Assembly (NCBI GenBank): GCA_043812975.1 | Contig: JBDRLP010000044.1 | Span: 1 to 50,665 of the forward strand | Direction of reading: 5' to 3' | DNA length: 50,665 bases | Source: Candidatus Iainarchaeum sp. | GTDB lineage: Archaea > Iainarchaeota > Iainarchaeia > Iainarchaeales > Iainarchaeaceae | Shown here: positions 1-7,720 of the stretch, piece after piece | Layout: each line of letters begins with the position of its first letter | Numbering within the stretch: the stretch's first letter is position 1 | Program-made: the position numbers and the translations under genes | Notes under the pieces: generated by a model | Seen by the model: only the letters and a program-made list of their open reading frames with translations | What the model was told of the DNA's origin: nothing | Database searches by the model: none

Positions 1-8
1 AACTAATA

Positions 9-33
9 CGTCAATTAACGTAATATTTAAAAA
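9..33 (+). promoter_or_regulatory. Promoter of pilin operon 1: imperfect palindrome CGTCAATTAACG followed by TATA box (TTTAAAAA)
   Basis: TATA-like element about 25 nt before ATG 56; bases 9-31 match 2210-2232 (minus strand) at 21/23. Confidence 0.65.
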
Positions 34-55
34 GTGTTTTTTGCCTTATTTTGTA

Positions 56-223
56 ATGTTTGGGGAAAAAGCTCAGGTTTCAATTGAGCTTATTATAGTT
101 CTTGCAGCAGTTGTTGCAATAGTTCTTCTTTTGGTTTCTCAGCTCCAGAAAACAGCTGAAAAAGGTGTAAAGGTATTTGACAAGAAAACAGAATCTATTT
201 TTGAAGAGATAGATGATATATGA
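56..223 (+). CDS. Class III signal peptide (type IV pilin-like) small protein
   Basis: MFGEKA|QVSIE plus hydrophobic helix matches the QxSxE (DUF361-type) archaeal pilin motif; ATG 56 preferred over TTG 41. Confidence 0.8.
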   Translation: MFGEKAQVSIELIIVLAAVVAIVLLLVSQLQKTAEKGVKVFDKKTESIFEEIDDI

Positions 224-615
224 ATTCAACTGGCCAGTTAAGTGTAGAGTTTCTTTTGCTTTTAACAGCAGTACTGGCTTTCTTATCTGTTTTCATCTCG
301 GCATTTTCATATCTTGAACAATCTTCTTTGTATGCAATAGATGTTCAGAATGCCAGACGGTTTGTAAATGAATTAAACAATTCAGCAAAAACACTTTCTT
401 TATTAGGGGATGGTTCAGAAAAACATTTTTCTTACAGGGTAATTACTACTTGGGAATTAAGCAATTCTCCGGCAATTTTAACAGTTTACTCAAATTCCGG
501 AAAAGACATTTCTCTGCAAATTCCGGAAGGCATATTTTTAAAATCCCCGAAAAAATTCAAAGATGAATTAAATATTGTTTTGAGAAAAGAAAACGGAAAA
601 TTAATTCTGGACTAA
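220..615 (+). CDS. Class III signal peptide (type IV pilin-like) protein
   Basis: MNSTG|QLSVEFLLLL motif plus hydrophobic segment; ATGA overlap with upstream gene. Confidence 0.8.
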   Translation: MNSTGQLSVEFLLLLTAVLAFLSVFISAFSYLEQSSLYAIDVQNARRFVNELNNSAKTLSLLGDGSEKHFSYRVITTWELSNSPAILTVYSNSGKDISLQIPEGIFLKSPKKFKDELNIVLRKENGKLILD

Positions 616-936
616 AACACTTATTGTTTCAATTTTTCCTTTATTGAATCTTTTTATTTCCCTTGAAACAACCTCTTTATTTAAATCAGCAGAATATTTT
701 TCATTGTTTATGGTGATCTCAAATTTATTCCCTTTCAGGAAAAGTTCGGCATCTTTTAGCATTTCCTCTTTCCCTGAATCATTTCTTGCCCAAATAATAA
801 GCAGGTCGCTTTCCTTTTGCTGAACAAACAAATCTTTTCTAGAAAAGTTTTCATTAATTGGCATCACTGCAATCAACAAAACAATTACTGAGAAGGACAG
901 TAATGATTCTATTGAGAAAAAACCATTATTTTTCAC
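601..936 (-). CDS. Pilin-like protein with class III signal peptide
   Basis: KNNG|FFSIE plus hydrophobic stretch; likely GTG start at 936 (ORF track starts at 945). Confidence 0.7.
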   Translation of the reverse strand: MKNNGFFSIESLLSFSVIVLLIAVMPINENFSRKDLFVQQKESDLLIIWARNDSGKEEMLKDAELFLKGNKFEITINNEKYSADLNKEVVSREIKRFNKGKIETISVLVQN

Positions 937-1378
937 AAACAACAAACCCCAGAATTGTTTTTTGGTCTAAAATCCCCTTCACAATAACAAGCCTTTCAAC
1001 AACCAAACAATTGTTTTTTTGTTTATTGAAAAAGTATTTTGTTTCATGTTTATTTCGTTCGTAAATTCCTGAAAGCAGGTAATCTCCAAAATCGGTTTCT
1101 GAAATTTTCCTTAAAAGAACAGCATCAATAACATTCTGCTCTACTCTTTGCTTTTCAGGATTGAAATAAGCTGCTCCTTTCCATGGTTCTTTTTCATTCC
1201 TGTTTTTTACAATAGATTCTGAGAGGGTTAGCGCAAATAATTCTTTTTCATTTTCTTTTGTATTTTGTATTTGATTCTGTGCAAAAGAATTAAATGAAAT
1301 AAAAATTAGTGTTAATGATAACAGCAGTATTGCTGCGGCAAAAATTGTATCTATACTAAAAATCATTCCCTTTTCCAT
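926..1378 (-). CDS. Pilin-like protein with class III signal peptide
   Basis: MEKG|MIFSID plus long hydrophobic stretch; ATG 1378. Confidence 0.7.
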   Translation of the reverse strand: MEKGMIFSIDTIFAAAILLLSLTLIFISFNSFAQNQIQNTKENEKELFALTLSESIVKNRNEKEPWKGAAYFNPEKQRVEQNVIDAVLLRKISETDFGDYLLSGIYERNKHETKYFFNKQKNNCLVVERLVIVKGILDQKTILGFVVCEK

Positions 1379-1655
1379 AATGGTTTTCAACCCTTACTAT
1401 AATTCCCTTTTCCAGAATTTGTATTTCCGCCGGAATCATGTTTTTGTTGTTGCATTTTAATTTTTCATTTAGATTTCCTCCAGAATGAGCATAATATATA
1501 TTCACTAATGCTGTGCATTCTGAAAAAAAAGTTTTTTCAATAAATTTATTTTTCAAAGAATAAGTGTTTTCTATCAGGCTGTTTTCCATTCCTGCAATAA
1601 AAACACTAAAACTTAATAGAATTAAAATTGCAAGAATGATTTCAATTGAGTTCAT
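1356..1655 (-). CDS. Pilin-like membrane-anchored protein (no cleavable leader)
   Basis: Starts MNSIE plus hydrophobic helix; ATGA-coupled within the pilin-like operon. Confidence 0.6.
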   Translation of the reverse strand: MNSIEIILAILILLSFSVFIAGMENSLIENTYSLKNKFIEKTFFSECTALVNIYYAHSGGNLNEKLKCNNKNMIPAEIQILEKGIIVRVENHYGKGNDF

Positions 1656-2185
1656 ACAATCACTCTTGTTATTGAGTAACCAATAGGCAGTCTAAAATAA
1701 TTTGAAAAATTTCCAATGGAAATTTTTGTACACGGAAAAAGATTGTAATTTATTCCTCCGCTGATTGTGTATTGGATTATTGTGAATTCTCCACGAGGTA
1801 TTGCTGAAGCTGATGTAATTGTTGTTAAGTTCTCGAGGTTTAATTCTTTAACTTTAATTTCTTTTCCGCGAAAATTTTCTTTACAAATCCCTGTGTTTTC
1901 AAGGTCAAGTTCTTTGAATGCTTTTATTATTTCTAAATTTATTTTTAGTTTTATTGTTTCAGCCTCAACAGGTTTTGAAACATCTGTTTCAAAACTATGT
2001 TCTATTACATCATCCAAAAATAGTTCTGCTTCTGTTCTTTCAAACCCTGTTTTTTCTATTGCTAAGATTTTGCTTTCAATAGAATTATGCTGAAGAAATA
2101 GTTCATTCTCAGTACTGTTAATCAGGAGTAATGCTTCTATTGCCAGAAGCAGAACTACGGTTCCGAAAAAACCTTTAGAATTCAT
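1652..2185 (-). CDS. Pilin-like protein with class III signal peptide
   Basis: MNSKG|FFGTVVLLLA; first gene of a 4-gene overlapping operon. Confidence 0.65.
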   Translation of the reverse strand: MNSKGFFGTVVLLLAIEALLLINSTENELFLQHNSIESKILAIEKTGFERTEAELFLDDVIEHSFETDVSKPVEAETIKLKINLEIIKAFKELDLENTGICKENFRGKEIKVKELNLENLTTITSASAIPRGEFTIIQYTISGGINYNLFPCTKISIGNFSNYFRLPIGYSITRVIV

Positions 2186-2207
2186 TAATGAATTAGGTTA
2201 AAAAACT

Positions 2208-2232
2208 ACTATAAATATTACGTTGATTGACG
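2208..2232 (-). promoter_or_regulatory. Promoter of pilin operon 2: CGTCAATCAACG followed by TATA box (TTTATA)
   Basis: Minus strand reads CGTCAATCAACGTAATATTTATA, about 25 nt before ATG 2185. Confidence 0.65.
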
Positions 2233-2238
2233 ATATAT

Positions 2239-2835
2239 TTATTGTTGCCATTTGCAGTCTTTCAACCCGTCTTTTTGCAGGTCAAATTGTTCACAATCAT
2301 CTTGTGAACTGAACTCTGCACATAGCTCTTCCATTACTTTAATTCCCTCTATTTTCGAATAGCATCTTATAATTTCGGAATCCAGGCCGGTTCCCGTGGT
2401 TATTTCTGCCTGGCTATTGCCAATTGTTTCTAATGGTTCTATGCTTGCCTGCTTATAATCTGAGTCGGCCATCATTGGAACACTTTGTAAGCCTAACAAT
2501 GAAGACATTACAACAAACCCTATCAATACAATAATTATGGTTGATGAAAGTATAATGAGAATATTTGTGGGTTTTTGTTCTGATTCCAGAATTTTTTTCC
2601 CTTTTCTGGTTAATGAGTAATATTTCCATTTTCTTCCTTCATCTTTAAGTTCGATTAAATCTGATTTTATTAAGACAGATGTGTGCTGTTTTACTGTTGG
2701 TGCAGCCATTCCTGATTTTGCTGCTAATTCTGAAAGAGTGTAGTTTCTTTCCTGAAGCATTTTCAGTAAATCAGTTCTTGTTTTGGATGATAAAGCTTTG
2801 AATTCAGTATTAGTTAGAGATACTTCGTCTTCCAT
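2239..2835 (-). CDS. Membrane-anchored ArsR-family winged-helix transcriptional regulator
   Basis: FKALSSKTRTDLLKML...TLSELA...VKQH...GRKWKYYSLT (ArsR wHTH), then a TM helix and a 4-Cys C-terminal domain. Confidence 0.8.
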   Translation of the reverse strand: MEDEVSLTNTEFKALSSKTRTDLLKMLQERNYTLSELAAKSGMAAPTVKQHTSVLIKSDLIELKDEGRKWKYYSLTRKGKKILESEQKPTNILIILSSTIIIVLIGFVVMSSLLGLQSVPMMADSDYKQASIEPLETIGNSQAEITTGTGLDSEIIRCYSKIEGIKVMEELCAEFSSQDDCEQFDLQKDGLKDCKWQQ

Positions 2836-2844
2836 AGTATAGCC

Positions 2845-3150
2845 TCATAATAAAAATATTAGTAAAAGGAAAAGAACAAAACCCGCTATTGCAAAGCCTC
2901 TGTTGTTGTAAGCCAATAACCCTGCTATTGGAGGAATTAGTAAAGTGAGTTCTGACATGTCAGGTCTTGATCCGACGAAGAAACCAATAACTGTTCCCAC
3001 TGCTAATATAAAAAACATGAATGCTACAAATCTCTGAATGCTTCCGGTGATGTAGTCGCCTATTCTCCCGAAAAAATTGTCCCAAATAGACCCTTCTTTT
3101 TGCCCCTCCATGATTAATAAGTGCTCTTTAGGCCTTTTTAATCCTTTCAT
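2845..3150 (-). CDS. Small multi-pass membrane protein, unknown function
   Basis: 2-3 hydrophobic segments; true start may be the internal MEGQKE. Confidence 0.65.
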   Translation of the reverse strand: MKGLKRPKEHLLIMEGQKEGSIWDNFFGRIGDYITGSIQRFVAFMFFILAVGTVIGFFVGSRPDMSELTLLIPPIAGLLAYNNRGFAIAGFVLFLLLIFLL

Positions 3151-3195
3151 TTTCCTTAGTAAAAACTTTAATATTAGAAACCCGTATGTTTTAGC

Positions 3196-4029
3196 ATGAT
3201 TGATTTTTCTTTCTTTGATATTGGTTCTTTAACCGCGTACGCTGAGTATTTGTTGGCGAATGTGCTTTCAGGAGACCCATTAGCAATTCTGGTAATCGGC
3301 GCTGTATTGATTGTTCTTTTGGTTTTATTTTTCAAGGTAAGTACTTTTATTCTTGGCCTGATTAAGCGTTTCTTTTTGCTTATTGTTATTGGTTTAAGTG
3401 CGTTCTTTTTTCTCAATACTTTTGGTGCAAAACTTGCTGCTGAAGGTTTCACAGGACAAATTATTCTGTTTGGGGTTATCGGAATTCTTGGTGCTATAGC
3501 TGCTTTGGTTATTGCTCTTGGTGCTTTTAAGAGGCAGGTAAAGAAAAGACATGATGAACCAATACTTGAGCAACCAAAAAATACTGCCGCACCTAATTTT
3601 ACACCTACGCAATTGCAACAGCCTCAGGCTTACACTACTCAGGCTCTTACCCCAGGAAATATCATGAATTCCCTGAAGGATGATCGGAGTTTGTTGGCGG
3701 TTTTAAGTTATGTTATTATTGCGCAGTTTGGTGTTTTTTCAAGCAAAACAATAAGCGCACCTAATCCTGATGTCGGTATGATTTTCTTCGGCATTTTTGT
3801 TGTCGGTGCATTGATTTTTATAAAAACAACTTACCATTCCTATCTCAAGGGCATAACCCACCTCATTATTGCTTCGGTTTTCGGAATACTGCTTTCAATG
3901 GCTCTCGGAATTTACTGGGCCGAAATCCCAATGGACATAATGCTCTCAACAGGTTACTTTGCAACAGATGCAATGGTCGCATTTGTTACAGGAATCGCAA
4001 TCTCGCTCTTAATGGGGAATAGGAATTAG
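3196..4029 (+). CDS. Polytopic membrane protein, unknown function
   Basis: About 7 hydrophobic segments in two blocks joined by a Q/P/T-rich linker. Confidence 0.75.
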   Translation: MIDFSFFDIGSLTAYAEYLLANVLSGDPLAILVIGAVLIVLLVLFFKVSTFILGLIKRFFLLIVIGLSAFFFLNTFGAKLAAEGFTGQIILFGVIGILGAIAALVIALGAFKRQVKKRHDEPILEQPKNTAAPNFTPTQLQQPQAYTTQALTPGNIMNSLKDDRSLLAVLSYVIIAQFGVFSSKTISAPNPDVGMIFFGIFVVGALIFIKTTYHSYLKGITHLIIASVFGILLSMALGIYWAEIPMDIMLSTGYFATDAMVAFVTGIAISLLMGNRN

Positions 4030-5066
4030 TTTGCTATATCATAAATTTTAGGTGCAAAGTCATTGTAATCAGGTTCTTCAGTCATTATGATTGTTTCATA
4101 ATCAATGGTTAATTTCTCAAATTGTTCATTAAACTTTTCCAAGAACTCGTTAAGTTCTTTATTGTCTTTTAGTCTTACATCAAGATGCAAATCATTTTGT
4201 CCTAAAATTCGTGCAGCCCAAAATATGTTCGAATCATTTGCAATAAATTTCCGTAATTCTTTTTCTATCTCATCTGTGATCTGATACGTGCGAATCCTAA
4301 TTCTATACCACTGAAAACCAAACACCCCGTAATTAATTGCTATCCACAATGCAGCTAATACTTTCTTTTCAGCCATCCGCTTCATTTTATACCTTATATT
4401 TTCAATCGGCAAAGACAATTTTTCACTCATTTCCTGAAGCGAAACCCTACAATTGTTTGCAAGCAAATTAATTATTTCAACATCCATTTTGTCAATTTTA
4501 GTTTTTTCAAAATCTTTAACCGCAGCAACGGATTCATTTTCAAGCAAACTGTATAATGAAGATCCTTCTTTAGAAACTTTTAATGGTTTTATATTCACGT
4601 CTTTAAAAAACGATTTAATATTCGCAGTATATTTATACTCATATAAAACTTCTTCAAAATCAATTTCCTTTATTAGCCCCCTAAAATTTTCTTTTATTTC
4701 GCCAATAATTTCTGTAATATCCATTGAATCTTTTGCCAGCAACAACAAAGTATAATCCCATTTCCCTAAACACCGGTTAACCCAAATAGCACTCCAGTGA
4801 TTTTTCATATATTTAGCAAGTTTTTTTGCATTTGTTGCATCGAGCTTATTGAAATTCAAATAAAGTGTGTAAAAATTTAAACCAAAATAAGGCGGATTCA
4901 AAATCGCGGTAAAGTTAAGTATTACTTTATTTTTCCACATGTTTTCCATTCTGTTTTTTATGGATTCACGCGAAACCCCGACATTTGCAGCTAAAACACT
5001 ATAAGAGAGCCTAGCATTAATACTCAAATAATACAGAATTTTCTTATCAGTAGCATCAAGCTTCAT
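4026..5066 (-). CDS. Tandem (double) Lrp/AsnC-family transcriptional regulator
   Basis: Two HTH units (LDATDKKILYYLSINARLS and IDKMDVEIINLLANNCRVS), each followed by a RAM-like domain (LGKWDY; LGQNDL); ATG 5066. Confidence 0.85.
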   Translation of the reverse strand: MKLDATDKKILYYLSINARLSYSVLAANVGVSRESIKNRMENMWKNKVILNFTAILNPPYFGLNFYTLYLNFNKLDATNAKKLAKYMKNHWSAIWVNRCLGKWDYTLLLLAKDSMDITEIIGEIKENFRGLIKEIDFEEVLYEYKYTANIKSFFKDVNIKPLKVSKEGSSLYSLLENESVAAVKDFEKTKIDKMDVEIINLLANNCRVSLQEMSEKLSLPIENIRYKMKRMAEKKVLAALWIAINYGVFGFQWYRIRIRTYQITDEIEKELRKFIANDSNIFWAARILGQNDLHLDVRLKDNKELNEFLEKFNEQFEKLTIDYETIIMTEEPDYNDFAPKIYDIAN

Positions 5067-5159
5067 ATATTGCATATTACAGGAAATTATATAAAAAAGT
5101 ATGTATTTTGCTAGCTTTTGAGTCAAATATTACTTATATTACAAAAAACATATTCTTGT

Positions 5160-5516
5160 ATGATTTGGGAAATTATTGTTCATTTAGTGGCCTTGGATTT
5201 CGCTTGGATTATAGGTCTGGTTCTAAGCAATCTGCTTATCGTTTTCATGTTTTTTGCTTTGGGGTATATTTTCTTTAATGGTAAAAACCCAATAAGGTCT
5301 TTTATTCACTTGATTTTAGCTCCTTTGCTTTTCTTTGAGTTAATTCCTTTTTTGGGTTGGGCTGAAGTTTCCGGGCAGCTTGTTGCATTGTACTATATTA
5401 TAAATCTCAGTTTGATGAAAATGCTTGAGAATAATAAGTTCTTTTCCTCAAGGCTTGTTTGGATTGAGGAGTTTACTTTCTTCGGGGCATTGATTTTGTT
5501 CAATGGGTTCATGTAG
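5160..5516 (+). CDS. Membrane protein, unknown function
   Basis: Hydrophobic ORF; ATG 5160 preferred. Confidence 0.65.
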   Translation: MIWEIIVHLVALDFAWIIGLVLSNLLIVFMFFALGYIFFNGKNPIRSFIHLILAPLLFFELIPFLGWAEVSGQLVALYYIINLSLMKMLENNKFFSSRLVWIEEFTFFGALILFNGFM

Positions 5517-5521
5517 GTGTT

Positions 5522-5692
5522 ATGATGGGTATTTTTATGAAAACAATTAAATTTTCAGTGTTTTTTCTAATTGCGGTTTTCTTTTTGGAAATCATTGGCA
5601 TAAGCATATTTTCAAAAGTATTATTCACGCCATTCGGAATTCTTTTCTTGTTTTTATCTTTTCTGAATGAGGCTTATATGATTTCTTTGTAG
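5522..5692 (+). CDS. 56-aa two-helix membrane protein (below the ORF-track cutoff)
   Basis: MMGIFMKTIKFSVFFLIAVFFLEIIGISIFSKVLFTPFGILFLFLSFLNEAYMISL; AGGTG SD-like sequence at the end of the upstream gene. Confidence 0.6.
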   Translation: MMGIFMKTIKFSVFFLIAVFFLEIIGISIFSKVLFTPFGILFLFLSFLNEAYMISL

Positions 5693-5794
5693 AATGAAGG
5701 GGAGTTAAGGGGGAGTTAAGAAATAGTAAAGTTCCCTTAACCTGTAATCCCAATGAGCCGAACTAATTGTGATTTTGGTTTATAAATCACTTTG

Positions 5795-5815
5795 GAAGGG
5801 GTACATTGCCGGTGC
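5795..5815. repeat. 21-bp direct repeat, left copy, flanking vapBC unit
   Basis: GAAGGGGTACATTGCCGGTGC; 19/21 identical to 6444-6464. Confidence 0.85.
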
Positions 5816-5818
5816 AAA

Positions 5819-6187
5819 TTAAATCATTAATGCATTTTCTTCCTTGAAATGTTTATCTCCAGTTACTATTTGGAGATTATACTGCCTTCCTGTAGAAATT
5901 ATTATGCAGTCAACTAATCCGATTCCTTTAGTGTTTTTTCTTTTCTCTGCTTTTATTATTCCGGCTGATTCAAGTGTGCTGTTGTCTATGCTTATTATTG
6001 TTGAGAATTTTTTAATATCTTCAAATGTTTTTTTACGCTCATTTTCTGTCTTTTCTATCCACGCGCTTAATTCTGCAATAGAAATAGCACTTGTGTAACA
6101 TGTTTTAGTTTTAAGCATGTTTTTTACTATTTTGCCTTTTTTTGTGCCGTTAAAAAATTCTACCCATGCGTATGTATCAAAGAGCAT
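5819..6187 (-). CDS. vapC: VapC-family PIN-domain toxin
   Basis: MLFDTYAWVE, SIAEL, GLVDCII and VTGDKHF acidic PIN motifs. Confidence 0.9.
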   Translation of the reverse strand: MLFDTYAWVEFFNGTKKGKIVKNMLKTKTCYTSAISIAELSAWIEKTENERKKTFEDIKKFSTIISIDNSTLESAGIIKAEKRKNTKGIGLVDCIIISTGRQYNLQIVTGDKHFKEENALMI

Positions 6188-6396
6188 CAGAATACCCTGT
6201 CATTATGGTCTCTTTTGAATGGTTTTGCATTTTTTGCCGAACCGAAAGCTCTGTCGATCGCAACTAAATCCTTTTTTATTATTGCAATTTTAACTGTCTC
6301 ATTTTTTTTTATTTTACCTTCCTGTATAACTTCCTTCGGAATTAAAACCCCAAGAGACGTTCCAACCTGTCTTATTTTTACTTCAAAAGCATCCAT
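6187..6396 (-). CDS. AbrB/MazE-family antitoxin
   Basis: KIRQVGTSLGVLIPKE swapped-hairpin motif; 1-nt overlap with vapC; GGTGA SD. Confidence 0.85.
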   Translation of the reverse strand: MDAFEVKIRQVGTSLGVLIPKEVIQEGKIKKNETVKIAIIKKDLVAIDRAFGSAKNAKPFKRDHNDRVF

Positions 6397-6405
6397 ATAA
6401 TCACC

Positions 6406-6437
6406 ATTATAATATATTATAATAAGTTGTATTTAAG
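6406..6437 (-). promoter_or_regulatory. TA promoter: TATA box plus perfect 18-bp palindromic operator
   Basis: ATTATAATATATTATAAT (6406-6423) lies between CTTAAATA (6437-6430) and the SD. Confidence 0.6.
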
Positions 6438-6443
6438 CTTTTT

Positions 6444-6464
6444 GAAGGGGCTCATTGCCGGTGC
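6444..6464. repeat. 21-bp direct repeat, right copy, flanking vapBC unit
   Basis: GAAGGGGCTCATTGCCGGTGC. Confidence 0.85.
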
Positions 6465-6519
6465 GCCACAGTTTCGGCTGTGGGCTACGACAGTTATCCC
6501 ATCTGCGATGGGATAGGCC
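6465..6519. repeat. REP-like double-hairpin element, copy A
   Basis: CCACAG-tttcgg-CTGTGG hairpin, linker, then TATCCCATC-tgc-GATGGGATA-GGCC. Confidence 0.75.
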
Positions 6520-6559
6520 ACTGCAATCCTTTTTAATACTCACAATTACTATTCTATTC

Positions 6560-7678
6560 ATGGTTAGAAAAAATCTTTTCAAGCAGTCTGATAAAGAAAA
6601 GAGTGTTTTTTTAGATGAACGTTATCTTTACCCTGAACATCTTCCTGAGGTTCTTTATCATAGAGATAAAGAAATAGATTCTCTTGTTTATTGTTTTGAT
6701 CCTATATTAAAAGGAAATAAACCATTGAACGTTTTTCTTGCTGGCCCTACAGGAGTTGGGAAAACTGTTTCTGCAAAATTTGTGTTAAAACAATTGGAAG
6801 AAAATTTTGACAGGTCCAAAAGCCTTTACTTGAATTGTTTTGAGTTTAATTCAAGGGCTTCGGTGTTAAATGCAATTGCGAATTTTGTTGGAGCTGCATT
6901 GCCAAGAAGGGGTTTGGCTACGGATGAAATTTTTACAAAAATGCTTGAGTCAATGAAAAAATGCGGTTTCATTCCTATAATAATTCTAGATGAAGTTGAT
7001 CAGCTTCTTGTTTCCGAATCCAATTCAAAATTACTTTATGATTTGTTGAGGGTTGTTGAATATGACAAACATAGAATTGGCGTTGTAATGATTTCCAATG
7101 ATATTGCTTTAACATCTCAGCTTGATTCCAGAATAAAAAGTTCTTTGGCCGAACAGACAATTATTTTTGAGCCTTATACTCCTGAACAATTAAAGGCAAT
7201 TCTTTCTGAAAGAGCAGAACTTGCTTTCGAGAAAAATGCTTATGATAAGGATGTTGTTAATGTTGCCGCAGCTCATGCTGCAAAACTTGGAGGTGATTGC
7301 AGAGTTGCAATAGAATCTCTTTTGAAGGCAGGGAGGATTGCTGAACGTGAAAACTCTGGGAAAGTTTCTCTTGATAATTTGCAGCAGGCTTTTGATTCCG
7401 TTGATGCAGTTTCTTTAATCAAAGGAGTTCCGCATTTGAACAATGACGAATTAACTCTGGTAAAAATAATTTCAGAAAACCAACTGATTAATTCAGGGAA
7501 AATTTATGAAATTTATTCAAAAAATAAAAATAATGTTTTGAAAGAGCGCAGGTTAAGAGATACTCTTTCAAATCTAGAGAAAAAGAATTTCATTTTTTCA
7601 AAACAATTAAACATGGGTAATAAAGGGAAAACCAAGGAATATTCTTCAAAGATTCCTAAACAGTTTTTACAGGGTTAG
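6560..7678 (+). CDS. cdc6: Orc1/Cdc6 replication initiation protein
   Basis: YPEHLPEVLYHRDKEI, Walker A GPTGVGKT, Walker B IILDEVD, GDCRVAI, C-terminal wH; ATG 6560. Confidence 0.93.
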   Translation: MVRKNLFKQSDKEKSVFLDERYLYPEHLPEVLYHRDKEIDSLVYCFDPILKGNKPLNVFLAGPTGVGKTVSAKFVLKQLEENFDRSKSLYLNCFEFNSRASVLNAIANFVGAALPRRGLATDEIFTKMLESMKKCGFIPIIILDEVDQLLVSESNSKLLYDLLRVVEYDKHRIGVVMISNDIALTSQLDSRIKSSLAEQTIIFEPYTPEQLKAILSERAELAFEKNAYDKDVVNVAAAHAAKLGGDCRVAIESLLKAGRIAERENSGKVSLDNLQQAFDSVDAVSLIKGVPHLNNDELTLVKIISENQLINSGKIYEIYSKNKNNVLKERRLRDTLSNLEKKNFIFSKQLNMGNKGKTKEYSSKIPKQFLQG

Positions 7679-7720
7679 TTTACTTATTATTATATTCATT
7701 TCCTACTTTTTCTTTATTCT

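Noticed and set aside
5780-6470. Canonical ORB boxes beside cdc6
   Set aside because: No TTCCAGTGGAAA-like core with a 3' G-string; kept only as a weak alternative hypothesis
6455-6559. 35-codon N-terminal extension of Cdc6 in the ORF track
   Set aside because: It is read-through of the GC-rich REP-like element from a TTG; a TATA-like box precedes ATG 6560
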